From: Octopus vulgaris
Lineage: Eukaryota
Assembly (NCBI GenBank): GCA_951406725.2
Contig: OX597822.1
Coordinates: 51,460,001 to 51,524,000 of the forward strand
Length of the DNA: 64,000 nucleotides
Direction of reading: 5' to 3'
Below the pieces are notes generated by a model. It saw only the letters and a program-made list of their open reading frames with translations. It was not told the DNA's origin and did not search any database. Both the position numbers and the translations under genes were made by a program. Positions within the stretch are counted from its first letter, which is position 1. Each line of letters starts with the position of its first letter. Shown piece after piece: positions 12,670 to 25,616 of the stretch.

Positions 12670-13870
12670 TAAATATATATATATATATATATGTATGTAT
12701 ATATGTATGTGTGTATATATGTATGTGTGTATGTATGTATGTATGTATGTATGTATGCATGTAAGTATGTACGTATGTATGCATGCATGCATTTAAAAGA
12801 AAATGTAAGATATAACAATATTTTAGCCATAAACTTAATATATCGAGGAAATAATCATTTATTTAAAAATATTTTCTTCAGCATGCAATATAGTTCAATT
12901 CCACATTATGATATTTTTATGACAATCACATAAGTTGTTTCCTTTCAATACATCTTTACTCGAGTTTGTACGTATTTCGTAAGGTTCATTTTAAAAAAAA
13001 ATCATCTATCTGTTTTTAGAAATCTAAAGCGGTATATAATAACTATATTGTTTACTGATTTTTGGCTTACATGAAATACTTAAACAATAAACTCTATAGA
13101 CTATTAACGGATTTAACATATGAGTACTAACTTCGTATTTATTTAAAAGTATAGTAGAAATGACAGTTGGCGGTTAGCAAATGTTTAAATATGAATTTCA
13201 AATGACATATAGCTCCTTATTTGATATTCCTGAACGTGCATACACATACATGACCAATATTTTCGATAGGGAGGTTTTTTTAAAAAATACATATGTATAG
13301 GATTTAATAGCGAGAAAGTTAAAAATTAAGTATTACATATTTAAGTAGCCACCTACTTTAATGATTTTAGTCTCGATTAAAATAATTGTGAGTGGAATAA
13401 TGAATACACAAATACCTAAATAATAATTATAATGAAAAGAAACGTCTATGTATATTTTAAACGTATTTAACAATTTTTTTTTATTTTACTTGAAATCTCA
13501 ATTACTGCAGAGTACAAATTCGACTTTTATCATGTTCTCTATCTGGAACTCTTGGTCTTTTTATCTGAAACAACTGTCTGGAAAATATGAAATAAAAGAA
13601 TAATCCATTTTAACATCCCGTCTACTTCATTTTATTTATTTGATGAAATTTATTGAATTTTGTTTAATAAATTAAGTTTGGTATTGATTAATTCTTTACA
13701 TACTTTCTTACCTTAAATGATTTAAAAATGTGTAAATAACGTATGAGGAAAAGACATTAGAAATGAATGAAAAAATTACTATTACAGGAAGAAGATAAAT
13801 TCATCCGGATAAATATGTGTGTATGTGTGCGTATTTATGTATATATATATGTATGTATGATGTATGTATG

Positions 13871-13969
<99 letters not shown>

Positions 13970-14116
13970 GTTGTATACTGTCAATCTAACAAGAACGTGA
14001 CAGTAGGGGGTACACCACCGCTGTATAGCCCTAGGAAGCATCGAACGCCTCCTGATAGCTTTGACACATTTTTCCCTGTGTCCTTATATACATATACGAA
14101 GGGGAGACAAACACCC

Positions 14117-14156
14117 CGGCCGCCGGAACTGCATCTAGATGCAGTTCCGGCGGCCG
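14117..14156. repeat. Perfect 40-bp GC-rich palindrome
   Basis: cggccgccggaactgcatct|agatgcagttccggcggccg, no spacer. Confidence 0.95.
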
Positions 14157-14336
14157 TACATGTCTCCCACCACCGTACATGTCTCTACGAGAGATTTAGA
14201 AATTCAATATTTCTTATATATATATATATATATATATTATTATTGAATGGAAGAAATTTTCTGCTGTGATTTTTGCTACCCAGGTATCGGTTAAACTTTT
14301 GAATAATCTGTAACAAGAAAATTCATCTTTCTATTT

Positions 14337-14417
<81 letters not shown>

Positions 14418-16622
14418 CATATATATGTGTATATATTTCTTATATATATATATACATATATATGTGTATATATACACACATAAATGCATGCATACATATA
14501 CGGATAAGTACACGCACTCACATAGATACACATATACAAGTATATATATATATATATATCTAAAAATTGTAAATATTATTACACTAGTATCATTTTCCAA
14601 CGAAATAAAGCACCGTAAAGGTAGAATTATAAATAGTAAATAGTAGCACAACAAGGTACCAATTTTTGCTGGAAATAGCAATCGATAACCATTCAAAGCA
14701 AGGTAGGTAAAACTTCACTGAATGTATAGAAGCAAATATGTGTGCGGGCGGTGAATATTTAAAAAAAAATCGTCTTTCCTCTAGGTAGAACACCAGGGAA
14801 ATGGACAACATAGTACTCAAGTTATGGACTCGAGTACTATGTTCAGAATACCTTTGTTATCGTAAAACTGATTGGTCCCCGTCGGCTAGGTCTACCGAAA
14901 GACTAAATTTGATACATCTGCTACACCAATGCCTGCATACTCGACCAATAATAGCCCCAGCGATAAACAGAACCGAGATCAGTGAAAACGTTTTATATAA
15001 ATATTATAACTATTAGTGCAATACAATAGTATTATTTTCCGGCGAAATAACGCACCGTAGGGGTAGAATTATAAACAGGAAATTGTGTGCGCCCGGTGTA
15101 AACAACTACAAAACTAAACTGTGCAGAGGAAAGAATGTCTGATGTTTAAATGAAAGACGTAATACATTTAAGGATAATGGAACTTTATGAATAATATATA
15201 TTCAAGTTAGTTGCTTTATTATTATGTGTAAATGCCTTTGGATACACTTACAAAATAAGTAGAAAATATCTCAAAGGTAAGAGTAAGGTTTATATCCATT
15301 TATCTGTCTCGGTTTTATTTCTTAAAATGCCATATTTCATGGCATTTCAGTCATTCATTTACTGGAGTATATTGAAACTAAAGGAGGAATGATTATTTTA
15401 GTGGGGTATTATTGTCGGTGCGGGAACACTTCAAGGATATATTCACGCGTCTGGATGCATATTAACTTCGCTTCGATCATTTTGACACATAATTTAGGAA
15501 ACGTTATGTGGTATGGCAGATACGGAAGAGAATCTCGTGAAATATGTTGTGATAGTTAGTTAAATTACTATTTCAAATACCACATGGATCTACTTTGTTC
15601 AGTATTCTACTGTACATAAAATATTTTCTTGTAGAATTAGAAACCATTAGTTGTGTATGTTCTCCCTATTAAACGAAGAACAAGAGCACAATATCATACA
15701 TTCTTTACCCTTCTCACAAACTCTTCTTTCAGTCTTCTATGGATTAACTATTTTCGTTGCTGACCATCAATAATCTCTCCGAGATCCTGATTCTTTCTGA
15801 TTAAGTAGGTAAATATATGAGTAGGTAAATAAATATGTAGGTAAATATATAGATATATAGGTAGGTAGGTAGGTAGGTAGGCTGGTAGGTATGTAGGTAG
15901 ATAAATAAGCAGATAGGTAGGTATATAGTTAATACGACCAGACAAGCACACACACACACACATACACACAAAGAGAAGTAGATGGAAACACATGACCATA
16001 TATGCACACACTCCACACACACGCATACGCACAAACTAAAATAGGGAGACACATTCATAAATAACAGACGTACGTACATAATCACAAAAACTCATACACA
16101 TCGACACACTCAAACACGCAAGAAAGTAATGGTACACACACATATATACACACACAAATATACAAGCGCTCGCACACACACACATAAATATGCAGAATAA
16201 ATACACACATACGTACACACACACATACGTACATACATATCATACATATGTATGTGCAAGCATAAGCACACGCGCACGCTGGCGTCCACACACAGGCAGG
16301 CAAGAAGGCCTCAGACAAATGGAACGCAACTCCGGTAACAGTCAGAGTCGACATCCCTTCCCAAGGCTGCAAAAGTAACGAAGACGTAAGAAAAAAATTA
16401 ATAATAAATTCCTGGAAATTGAACCAGTGTGTGTATTAGATATTAAGACTTGTATGACGACTCTCCTGAGACACAACAATATTTGTTTCATCACACGAAT
16501 TCACATAAAATATCTTGCAAACTAGAGAGGAACGAAGTATATATATATATATATATACATATATACATATATATATATATGTGTGTGTATGTGTGTGTGT
16601 GTGTGTGTGTGTATGTGTGTGT

Positions 16623-16875
16623 GTTGATAAAAATGGTAAGAAAACAAAAGAATGAAAGAGACCTCGATATTATGTAAATAGAGGATTTTATCTATAAATG
16701 TAATATGCGAGAATTATTCAGTAGCCTTGATAAAACTCAGAGTTTGGGATGCCGAGGCGGAAAAATACCGATGACCAGATAGCTGAAGAGATGGCGGCGT
16801 GGATTTCCACTTCGGCATCCGAAACTACGTGTTTTATCATGGCTACCGAATAATTGTCACATATTACATTTACAG

Positions 16876-16880
<5 letters not shown>
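16623..16880. mobile_element. Very short 5'-truncated PLE remnant with inverted pLTR (same family as 57390-58575)
   Basis: 16623-16765 is the reverse complement of 58440-58575; 16778-16880 is a + copy of the same pLTR; flanked by (TG)n/(TA)n. Confidence 0.75.
16778..16838 (+). ncRNA. Hammerhead ribozyme (stem III eroded)
   Basis: gatag-CTGAAGA-gatg...catcc-GAAA-ctacgtg-TT-ttatc. Confidence 0.6.
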
Positions 16881-16907
<27 letters not shown>

Positions 16908-16984
16908 CGGCGTGTGTGTTTGTGTGTGTGTGTGTGTGTGTTTGTGTGTGTGTATGTATGTATGTATATATATGTATATATATC

Positions 16985-17022
<38 letters not shown>

Positions 17023-17091
17023 TATATATATATAGATATAGATATAGATAGATATACATATATATATATATGTATGTATATACAATATTAA

Positions 17092-17706
17092 AAGGAATGA
17101 TCACTAAAGTGGATACCTAATATGCTAAACATTGACGTCAAATCGCTATTACCACGAAGAATGCCTTCTCAAGAAAAATCTCATCAAGCGCCAAAAAGTC
17201 AAAGATGAGCGAAACAAATGATAACATACGAAACAAAAAACGATTACCTACGTACCAATGCTTTCACTTGTTAATATCTACGTATGCAAACACGCAGATA
17301 TCTGCAAGTTCGTCAGCGTAGTCAGTCGCTTACGAAACACAATTTCCAGAACTAGGTACAGAACGCCCAACCGAAATCGAGCATGTATACAGTTCTACAA
17401 ATCATATTTGGGTGTATTTTTCAAATGTCTTCACTTTGGCGGGCTGGGGCTGGAAATTACCATGTAGTTAATAAATTTCAGCAGCCAATATACTGTTTAG
17501 AGAACATTTTTTAAAAATTTCAAACTAGATAAGTGTAGAAATTGATATTAATCAAATAAAACCAGTGGCCTAGCATATTCAAAAAATCCGAAGATGAAAA
17601 ACTGTGTTACGTACAAAATTAAGAGAAATGACCACTGAAGTGGACACCTAATATGCTAAACATAGACGTCAAATCGCCATTACCACGAAGAATGTGTTCT
17701 CAAAGA
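17092..17706 (+). repeat. ~85-bp direct repeats flanking ~440 bp, between microsatellites (probable PLE-derived element)
   Basis: aatga(t/c)cact(a/g)aagtgga(t/c)acctaatatgctaaacat...accacgaagaatg at ~17095-17175 and ~17625-17705. Confidence 0.65.
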
Positions 17707-17731
17707 ATATATACATAAGTGTATATATATA

Positions 17732-17771
<40 letters not shown>

Positions 17772-17772
<1 letters not shown>

Positions 17773-17890
17773 TGGCCTGCTCGCTTAGCCAGCGGAGTGG
17801 CGTCATTCAAAGGCTAAAACAATGCGAACGCATTGTGACCAGCGATGTGTAACAACATCTGATGGTCTGGTCGGTCACGTGATCACGTGA
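17772..17890 (+). mobile_element. 3' fragment of SINE family C
   Basis: Matches 62010-62125 (ctgctcgcttagccagcgg...ggtcacgtgatcacgtgat). Confidence 0.8.
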
Positions 17891-17912
17891 TATGTATGTA
17901 TATATATACGTG

Positions 17913-17947
<35 letters not shown>

Positions 17948-19458
17948 ATGTGTGTATGTATATATGTACGTATCTGCATGTATGCATATCGACATATATC
18001 AAACACCCTATTTCAAAGGCACACACGGAATCATTTGCATTTGCGTAATGCGTTTTTCCAACGCTTTATGAATTATGCAGTTGTATAGTGTGATCCAATG
18101 AACTAGTAACAGCTATTTTCGTCATTGCGTGTAACTTCAAAGGGGTCCACACCTTCATAAAATAGGTACGAAAACTAAAAGTTAAGCTAAAGTCAATCCC
18201 CTCTTAATGCAATAAAGATAAATATCATTGAATAAATTTTCAGACAAATGAAGCCAAATTTTGTCTCGTGCTGTATACATACCTATGTCTCACAGTTCTC
18301 TATTCACTTTATCTATCAAACAGAAAACTTATCCCTAACTAGGTGGCGAATGTTGCTCAGAGAATTACTTTCGATATTTGATTCAACGACTAATTTCATT
18401 TATCTATTGCTAAATTTGCACTGAATCTACATCACTTAAGAAATTTAATAGAAGCTGAACTTTGCAATTACCACTTTCTGATATGGAGTGATATTAGAAA
18501 GGAATTCGCAATATTCACTACATTTCCGATATTGGACATACATATATCTTAATTACGTTATTCATTGCAGTTTTCTATTTGTCAGCATAGGTAACTACAA
18601 AATAGAAGATATCTTTGATATATTAGACTTAACAATTATTGTCTTTCATTCATGATAAAATTGAAAATGTTTTAACATTCTATTACCCCACTCACTAGAA
18701 ATCACAATTGAAAGTATACGCAAGAATAAATCAATTGTGAAATTGGATTGGAGTATACGTGGAATTGGATTAAATCAGGAAATGTGTTAGACTGAAATTA
18801 TAATTTATATCAGTTTCAGAAATCAGAGTAAATTATGAAGAATAAATAAGTCTCTGTCGTTCTGCTGCAGTGTTTTGTCATAAAGGCTAAATAATTATCT
18901 GTTAGTCGAGACATGGCTATCGAATTTAGCCGTGTTATGTACAGGTGCTGTTGGAATATTTCGCTCTGTTTTGCTCATTCGAATAAAGATGAGTGATATC
19001 AGGACCTCATACCACCGTACGCACTAGATCCCAAAAGTAGATTAAACCAAATGGACAATTCATAATACATATATTTGGATATGTATTAACTAAATACAAC
19101 ACATCACCTTTTACTCACCAGCAAACCACATGTAAAAGTCCTCAACTCTTCTTGTCACGGTCACCCCGAGCGTCCAATAGCAATATACTTGTTCCACGTT
19201 CTCGCGTTGTTATGTTTTCTCTTTGTTCATATTTGGAGTAAGTTTACATACATGCATGCATCTGTATGCACACAAACACACACAAACCCACACAGATTCG
19301 CACAAACAGAAAGAACGCAGTGTGAATAACGGATAGAGTCGAGACTATTGAAAAGTTTGCAAGGGGCAACCAAAATTTTAGAAAAATAAAAGTGAAAGTT
19401 TTACCGGTGTGTTAAATTCTAAGGCACTAGAAGAGAATGACTCTCCGCAGACACAACT

Positions 19459-19510
<52 letters not shown>

Positions 19511-19550
19511 GTATATTGGCTAAACTGGCAATATGACCATTCCGAAATAT

Positions 19551-19594
<44 letters not shown>

Positions 19595-19607
19595 TATATA
19601 GAAGGAG

Positions 19608-19654
19608 GTTCTACAGGACTAGAACTGTTTCATTCAAGACAAATCTTCAGGAGC
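19608..19654 (-). ncRNA. Hammerhead-like motif with looped stem III
   Basis: gctc-CTGAAGA-tttgtcttgaat-GAAA-cag ttctagtc ctg-TA-gaac; stem I has a mismatch. Confidence 0.55.
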
Positions 19655-19664
19655 TTTAAATATA

Positions 19665-20020
19665 CTAGCAACTCAACTCATCTACGATGGGGGCATGAAA
19701 TGAGGGAGGGAAATCATAACAGTTTGTATTGAAAAATCTGTAAATGGATTTTAATATCAATAATGATTACAAAGCAACTTTGTAGACGATATTTTCTGTG
19801 AAGTCGACACTAATTTTCAAACTGCTGTAGTTCGTCGCTCTACACATAGCGACGTATAACTGGCCGTGTGTAAACATCGGAGTGGGAAAAATACACCTAC
19901 ACGATCTAAAGTCTGGACCTGTGTCTTGTTTGCTGTGAATGAGAATACCAGTTTTATAGAACACTGCACTTGTCTTGATTTTCAGCTAGCAAGAATACTC
20001 CTTATATGTTCATAAGCTCT
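19665..20020 (-). mobile_element. Helitron 3' remnant (Pif1-like helicase C-terminus, hairpin, CTAG end)
   Basis: Frameshifted QCSIKLVFSFTANKTQVQTLDRVGVFF / PMFTHGQLYVAMCRAT...TENIVYKVAL matches Helitron helicase motifs V-VI; downstream cccatc-gta-gatgag hairpin and CTAG|T at 19665-19668. Confidence 0.85.
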
Positions 20021-20614
20021 CATTTGAGGATTTTTGCGTGTTATTCGGCGAGCTGAAGTGTCCCAACTCTGTTCTGAAGCTCTCTCTCTCGGGAGTTTCT
20101 CTGTGATATTTGGCGAGCTAGCGTATCCCTGCTCTGTTCCGACGCGCTCACTTCTGTATCACTGTGAATTCTACGAGTTTCCGTATCCTTATTCTTTTGG
20201 GCTTCTCTGTATTCACTGTTAGATTCAGTCTTATGTTTTATAGCGGCAGCTTTCCTGGTAATGCTACCTATTCCTCATTTCCGTTTCCAGGTCATAATGG
20301 CGTGGAATGAAGGAACATTTAATAAAACATTAAACAGCTTTATGCATACAATCGTTATTGACAAAGTTCGTAGTAGTCATTCACCGATTAAAGATAAGCC
20401 AAAGCCATCACAATCATTCGTTAATAAGGCTATCCTAAACTAAAACTTTCTTATTTGGTGGAAAAGAAAGTTTATTTACCTTCCTTTGCTTCTTTTATTA
20501 GGAACTATCTCCCTTGAAATCTTATTTACGTTTTTTACGCCTGTAATCTTTATTTACTTTTTTGTAAACCCGTAAACTGAACAATTACCCTCAATAGCCA
20601 CAAAATAATCATAC

Positions 20615-20705
20615 TTTTTCGGGTTTTATATATTCGCTAAAGACCTGCCCCATTACCGTCTTGGTAATCCCGAAAATCATCGTGACTGTTGGTCCACTAA
20701 TTTCA
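20615..20705 (-). CDS. Candidate 91-bp host exon (phase 2 to 0)
   Basis: Acceptor ctttcttcacag|, donor AAA|gtatga; the only open frame is EISGPTVTMIFGITKTVMGQVFSEYIKPEK. No recognised homology; could be a Tc1 HTH-like relic or chance. Confidence 0.2.
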
Positions 20706-20755
20706 CTGTGAAGAAAGTTCAGACTGAGAGACGAACATAACGACCACATAGTATG

Positions 20756-20797
<42 letters not shown>

Positions 20798-20976
20798 GTG
20801 TGTGTGTGCGCGTGTGTAAATACATAAAAATGTATGCATATATTTATATTCAGATATGTGAAGTTAGACAAAATATGAAGTGCAATGGCAATACATAGAA
20901 AAACATTTATGGCAGTGCCAATAAACAAAATATCACCCTACATGCTACATAGTTTGTTTAATATTTTGGGGAACAA

Positions 20977-21562
20977 AGGCGGCCAACTGGCAGAAACTTT
21001 AGCAAGCCGTGCGAATTGCTTAGCGATATTTCGTCTGTCTTTACCTTCTGAGTTCAAATTCCGCCGAGGTCGACTTTGCCTTCCATCATTTCGGGGATGA
21101 TAAATAAAGTACCATTTGCGTACTGGAGTCGATCTAATCGACTCGTACCTATCCAAAAATTACGGTCCTTGTGCCTAGAGCAGAAAAGATTATTTTGGGG
21201 AACAAGGGCAGCGAGCTGCCAGAAACGTTAGCACGTCGGGTGAAATGCTTAGCGGTTTTCGTCTGTCGTTAAGTTCTGAGTCCAAATTCTGCCGAAGTCG
21301 ACTTTGGTTTTCATCATTTTAGGGGTCAATAAAGTAAATAGCAGTTGCGTACTGGGGTTGATGTTATCGACTGGCCCTGTACCTAAAACCTTCGTGCCTT
21401 GTGCGTCGAGTAGAAAAGAATATTTTGGGAAATAGTCCACCGAGGCTGACTTCTTCCATCATTTCGAAATCGATGAAATAATTACCAGTTCAGTATTGGG
21501 AGCGATGTAATTGACTTAATCCCTACCACGTTGTTTCTAGCCATGTGACAAAATTTTAAACA
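20977..21562 (+). mobile_element. Three tandem copies of tRNA-derived SINE family B
   Basis: Heads ggcggc(c/g)a(a/g)ctggcagaaac.ttagca, B box gagttcaaattcc, core gtcgactttgccttccatc; units separated by tattttggg(g)aa. Confidence 0.8.
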
Positions 21563-23208
21563 AATATTTTGGGAAAATTTCCTTTATGAAACGTATGGTA
21601 GAAAATGATGCAAGCGTTATAAGGGTTTGTTATTTTCAGTAGCTTTACACATTCCGATGCTACATGAATATTATAGTACTTTTATAAATACATATGAATG
21701 TGTCATATACCAGACATTTGGTAAAAGCAGAAACATTACGTCGGAATACAGCAAAGAAACAACTTCATGCAATACATTTATACGGAGATAGTGAATGCCA
21801 CCACCACTCTAAATTGTCAGAGGGAACATCATTAGTTAAAAGTGTATTTGGCTTCTGATCCCCAGAGAAGACTCTAGAGAAAAAAGCCCAGAAAATTACT
21901 AATAATGATCAACATAATCCACAAATTTGATTGTAATGTTGTAAACTTCAGGTATCCAGTGTTACATTGTGCAGGCTAGTAAAATGAATGATTAACCTGC
22001 TAGATTCTCTTTTAGGGTCATAATTTATTTACAACGAGGAACAAATACAAAACATTCAAGGGGATAATGCTTGCATACTATATAAAATTCATTATAAAAC
22101 TAGAAGTTTAACAACAGAAACCACATTCATAGTGTAATGCAATGGCGATATATGCTCACTGTAACACACATATCAAAAATAACAGGTAACAGGCATGAAA
22201 ATTTAATGCTCTCCATGTCAGGCATGAATACCTAATGATCTCCATCAAAGAAAGATTGACTTCATGCTGATAAATTAACATGTGGTTGATTTCGTGCCAA
22301 CGGTCTAAGAACCTTTGTGAGTGAAAGTCTATTCGTCAAGTATATAAGAAGCGACACAGACGTCAAATATATTGCATTTCTTTACAAAAGAATATGACGG
22401 TGAAAATCTGTCAACATTGAAACTAGATTGAGAAACTAGATTTATATAATAGTTCCTATAGTTGCACTGAAAATTTCAAACACTGCCGAAGAGCAAAGAG
22501 AGTTAAAGAATGAGTCTACATATAGATCCACATACACGTACGAGATTTATCATTGTCTGTATACATATGTGTGTGTGCGAGTGTGCGTTGATGTGTGCGA
22601 GTGTGCATTGGTGTGTGCGTGTTGATATATTCGTGTAGGTGTGGGTGGGTGTATTTGTATGGAGGGTGTACGATTCGAATTAACGATAAGTTTGATGCAA
22701 TTGGAACTGTTCAGAATATCCACAAGAAAGCTTCCAGAACATCACAGACGTCAGCGAATGCAGCAAAGCAAGAAATGGAAGTAGAAATATAATGCTAGGA
22801 TTCAAGAAAATCAATGAGTTATTCGATTTGAGAGAGGAGAGTTTCAAAATGAAGCGCTCATTGTATTCTGAAGCACTGCTGTTCGAAAAGCTACTTTCGA
22901 AATATTAGGCTTACTCTCAACGACGTGTAGGTTTCTGCCGATCGGACTTCGGAAGATGTGTACAAGATGCATACTTTCCAACTATGAGTGTTTCGAGTGA
23001 TGAGGTTATATTTAAACCAAATGGTTCAATTATTCTACACAAGTACCCCAACTCGGAACATATTTCGGAGGAACATCGTGTTAACTTACCGGAGTTACAA
23101 TATAGTGCAGCGTATAAGGTCATTTCATTTTATGTTAATCTATATTCAGTTAGACGACAAGGTTCCGACATAAAATTCATTGAAAGGTATTAAAAATAGG
23201 CCATTTAA

Positions 23209-23441
23209 AGGCGGCGAGCTGGCAGAGTCGTTAGCACGCCGGGCGAAATGCTTTGCGGTATTTCGTCTGTCGTTATGTTCTGAGTTCAAATTCCGCCGAG
23301 GTCGACTTTGCTCTTCATCCTTTCGGGGTCGATTAAATAAGTACCAGTTACGCACTGGGGTCGATATAATCGACTTAATCCGTTTGTCTGTCCTTGTTTG
23401 TCCTCTCTGTGTATAGCCCCTTGTGGGTAGTAAAGAAATAT
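23209..23441 (+). mobile_element. Full-length SINE family B with 22-bp target-site duplication
   Basis: tRNA-like A/B boxes; TSD gtattaaaaataggccatttaa at 23187-23208 and 23442-23463. Confidence 0.9.
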
Positions 23442-24431
23442 GTATTAAAAATAGGCCATTTAATGAGTTTTGCATTGTAACCCTGTCGCCTAACTAAATA
23501 TAAATTAAAATAAAATAAAATAAAATAACCTCATCTTATTCATAACATGTTAAAAGATAAAACATAACGACACCCTTTTTCCTTATCTCTCCTTTCTTCC
23601 GAATTTCTCTCTCCTATAATCTCCTTTCGCCCCCTCCCCTCTCCAGTCCCATAAAGATTTCGTCTTTATAAGCTACATACCAGAGTATTTTATTCACAGT
23701 CTGAAAGAATTTTTGATGGGTAGGGTTAAAAAAGAAAGGTATTTTTGCTTTGGAATTCAGAAAGAATAAGTACTGGTGTCGATAGATATGTATGACTAAA
23801 ATTATATATTGGTACTCCAGTAGGGAGGCAGTTAATTACCTAAAACATGAAAAAGTATAAAAAATGGCCTGTAAGCCAACGTAGAGGTCATATATAGAGT
23901 TGTTAACAGCATATGTTATTGGACTATTTGTGATAACACCAAAGTACCGTCATGAAAATAAATTTCGTCAAACAAATTGCAGCAGAGCAATTGAGACGGA
24001 ATGGGCTTCCGGACATTTGCAACTCTGTATTTTTGAACGCCGACGAGGAAGACCTTTCTATTTCAAGTTTACTTATTAATTTATCCTCAGATATTTTTCA
24101 CGTCAAATTTCATTTCCGCTGCAAATACTCTCTTCAATGTTATGAGCATTACACATCATACTTCACGTCCTCTACAAATTATAGCTCAAACCGTAAGTAA
24201 GGAATCGATAATACACCAGATTTATGAACACGTATTTTGTAATCCAACGCAGAAACTAGCTGGTAAAAATTAAATAGAAGGCTAATATTTTGGGTGCTTC
24301 AGGCTTAAACTAATCAATATATATATGCCATATAGTCATTTTTACACTGCAGAAATATCACATTTTGTGAATACTTCTAATGAAGAACAAGAGGTTGAAG
24401 CGAATGATGTCGTACTTGACATTTTGATTAC

Positions 24432-24494
24432 CTCAGCTCTGCACTAAAGCATCTCTCCTTTAGAACAATATTCGTTAATATGATTATCAGATCT
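24432..24494 (-). CDS. Candidate 63-bp host exon (phase 2 to 2)
   Basis: Acceptor ttattttcaccaacag|, donor GAG|gtaatc; only open frame DLIIILTNIVLKERCFSAEL; phase-compatible with 20615-20705. Confidence 0.2.
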
Positions 24495-24904
24495 CTGTTG
24501 GTGAAAATAAAGGATGCTTTTACAAAGTATTATATAATATTGATTTCCTTTGATGCACACACTTTTATAACTTGAGTGAATAATGAATCACGTTGAAACT
24601 GATTGATTTGCGCTATTGTCATGAGGTTTGCCTTTTATAATTGGGTGCATGAACATCATCCCTTCCACACCACACCAAATTACCAAATTTGGAGATATAG
24701 CAAACACAAATTATGTCTCACACATATATTTATAAAATAAAAAAAATAATATCGATCTAAGACAATTCATCTCGGAATTTAGAAATTATTTCTATCGGAC
24801 ACAAACGCATACATATATGTGTGTTTGTGCGTGTGTGTGTGTGTGTGTGTATGAGTATGAATGTAAGTATATATGTATATAGGTATTATGTATATATATA
24901 TCTA

Positions 24905-24962
<58 letters not shown>

Positions 24963-25152
24963 TATGTAGATATGTAATTACTTGTATATTACATAGTTAC
25001 ATAATTAACATTTCTGGCAACCGTCTTGAACATGTAGGCGCCACTTTGCTTCATGAACTTCTTGTTACTCAGTATTTGACAGGTATTCGTACAGAGCATA
25101 CTTTTATTCATATACGTTTATAATCAGGTCATAACTTAAACACAATCTAGTA

Positions 25153-25198
<46 letters not shown>

Positions 25199-25280
25199 GA
25201 GGGCATTACTATACATAAATGCCGCACGCTAGGAGGAACTCTTTAATCTCGAAGCAAGCCACTTAAAAACAGAATTCAGC

Positions 25281-25337
25281 TGCAAATCACATGATTTCAT
25301 AATTAGTGCAGAAATGCACTCTTTAATCATCAGTGCA
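25281..25337 (-). ncRNA. Hammerhead ribozyme
   Basis: tgca-CTGATGA-ttaaag agtgca tttc tgcact aattat-GAAA-tcatgtga-TT-tgca. Confidence 0.7.
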
Positions 25338-25556
25338 AATATAAATCAAGATTTATAACGGATGAACAAAAATCAATATACCAGACGAACAACCAATATA
25401 TCCAACGTAGCATATAGAAGTGTTCACTCTTTATACATCTATGTAAATGGCGGGCTTTTTCAAATTGCATTTCGGTACCACATGGTTATTTGGAATAAAA
25501 ATTCAGTACTGAATATACTACGGCTAAATTTACAATTTAAAAATAGGATAAAATTT

Positions 25557-25616
25557 TGCACTGATGAGGATTAAAGAGTGCATTTCTGCACTAATTATGA
25601 ACTCACGTGATTTGCA
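25557..25616 (+). ncRNA. Hammerhead ribozyme, mutated copy (GAAC)
   Basis: tgca-CTGATGA-gga...-GAAC-tcacgtga-TT-tgca; palindromic TCACGTGA stem III. Confidence 0.6.

Noticed and set aside
15745-15796. Possible terminal exon on minus strand
   Set aside because: The acceptor derives from a (TACC)n repeat and there is no homology or phase evidence.
22680-23130. Coding-like stretch with short ORFs on both strands
   Set aside because: No recognisable motif and no convincing splice-site pair.
23209-23300. Functional tRNA genes at SINE heads
   Set aside because: A/B boxes are present but there is no complete cloverleaf, and they continue into SINE body with a TSD.
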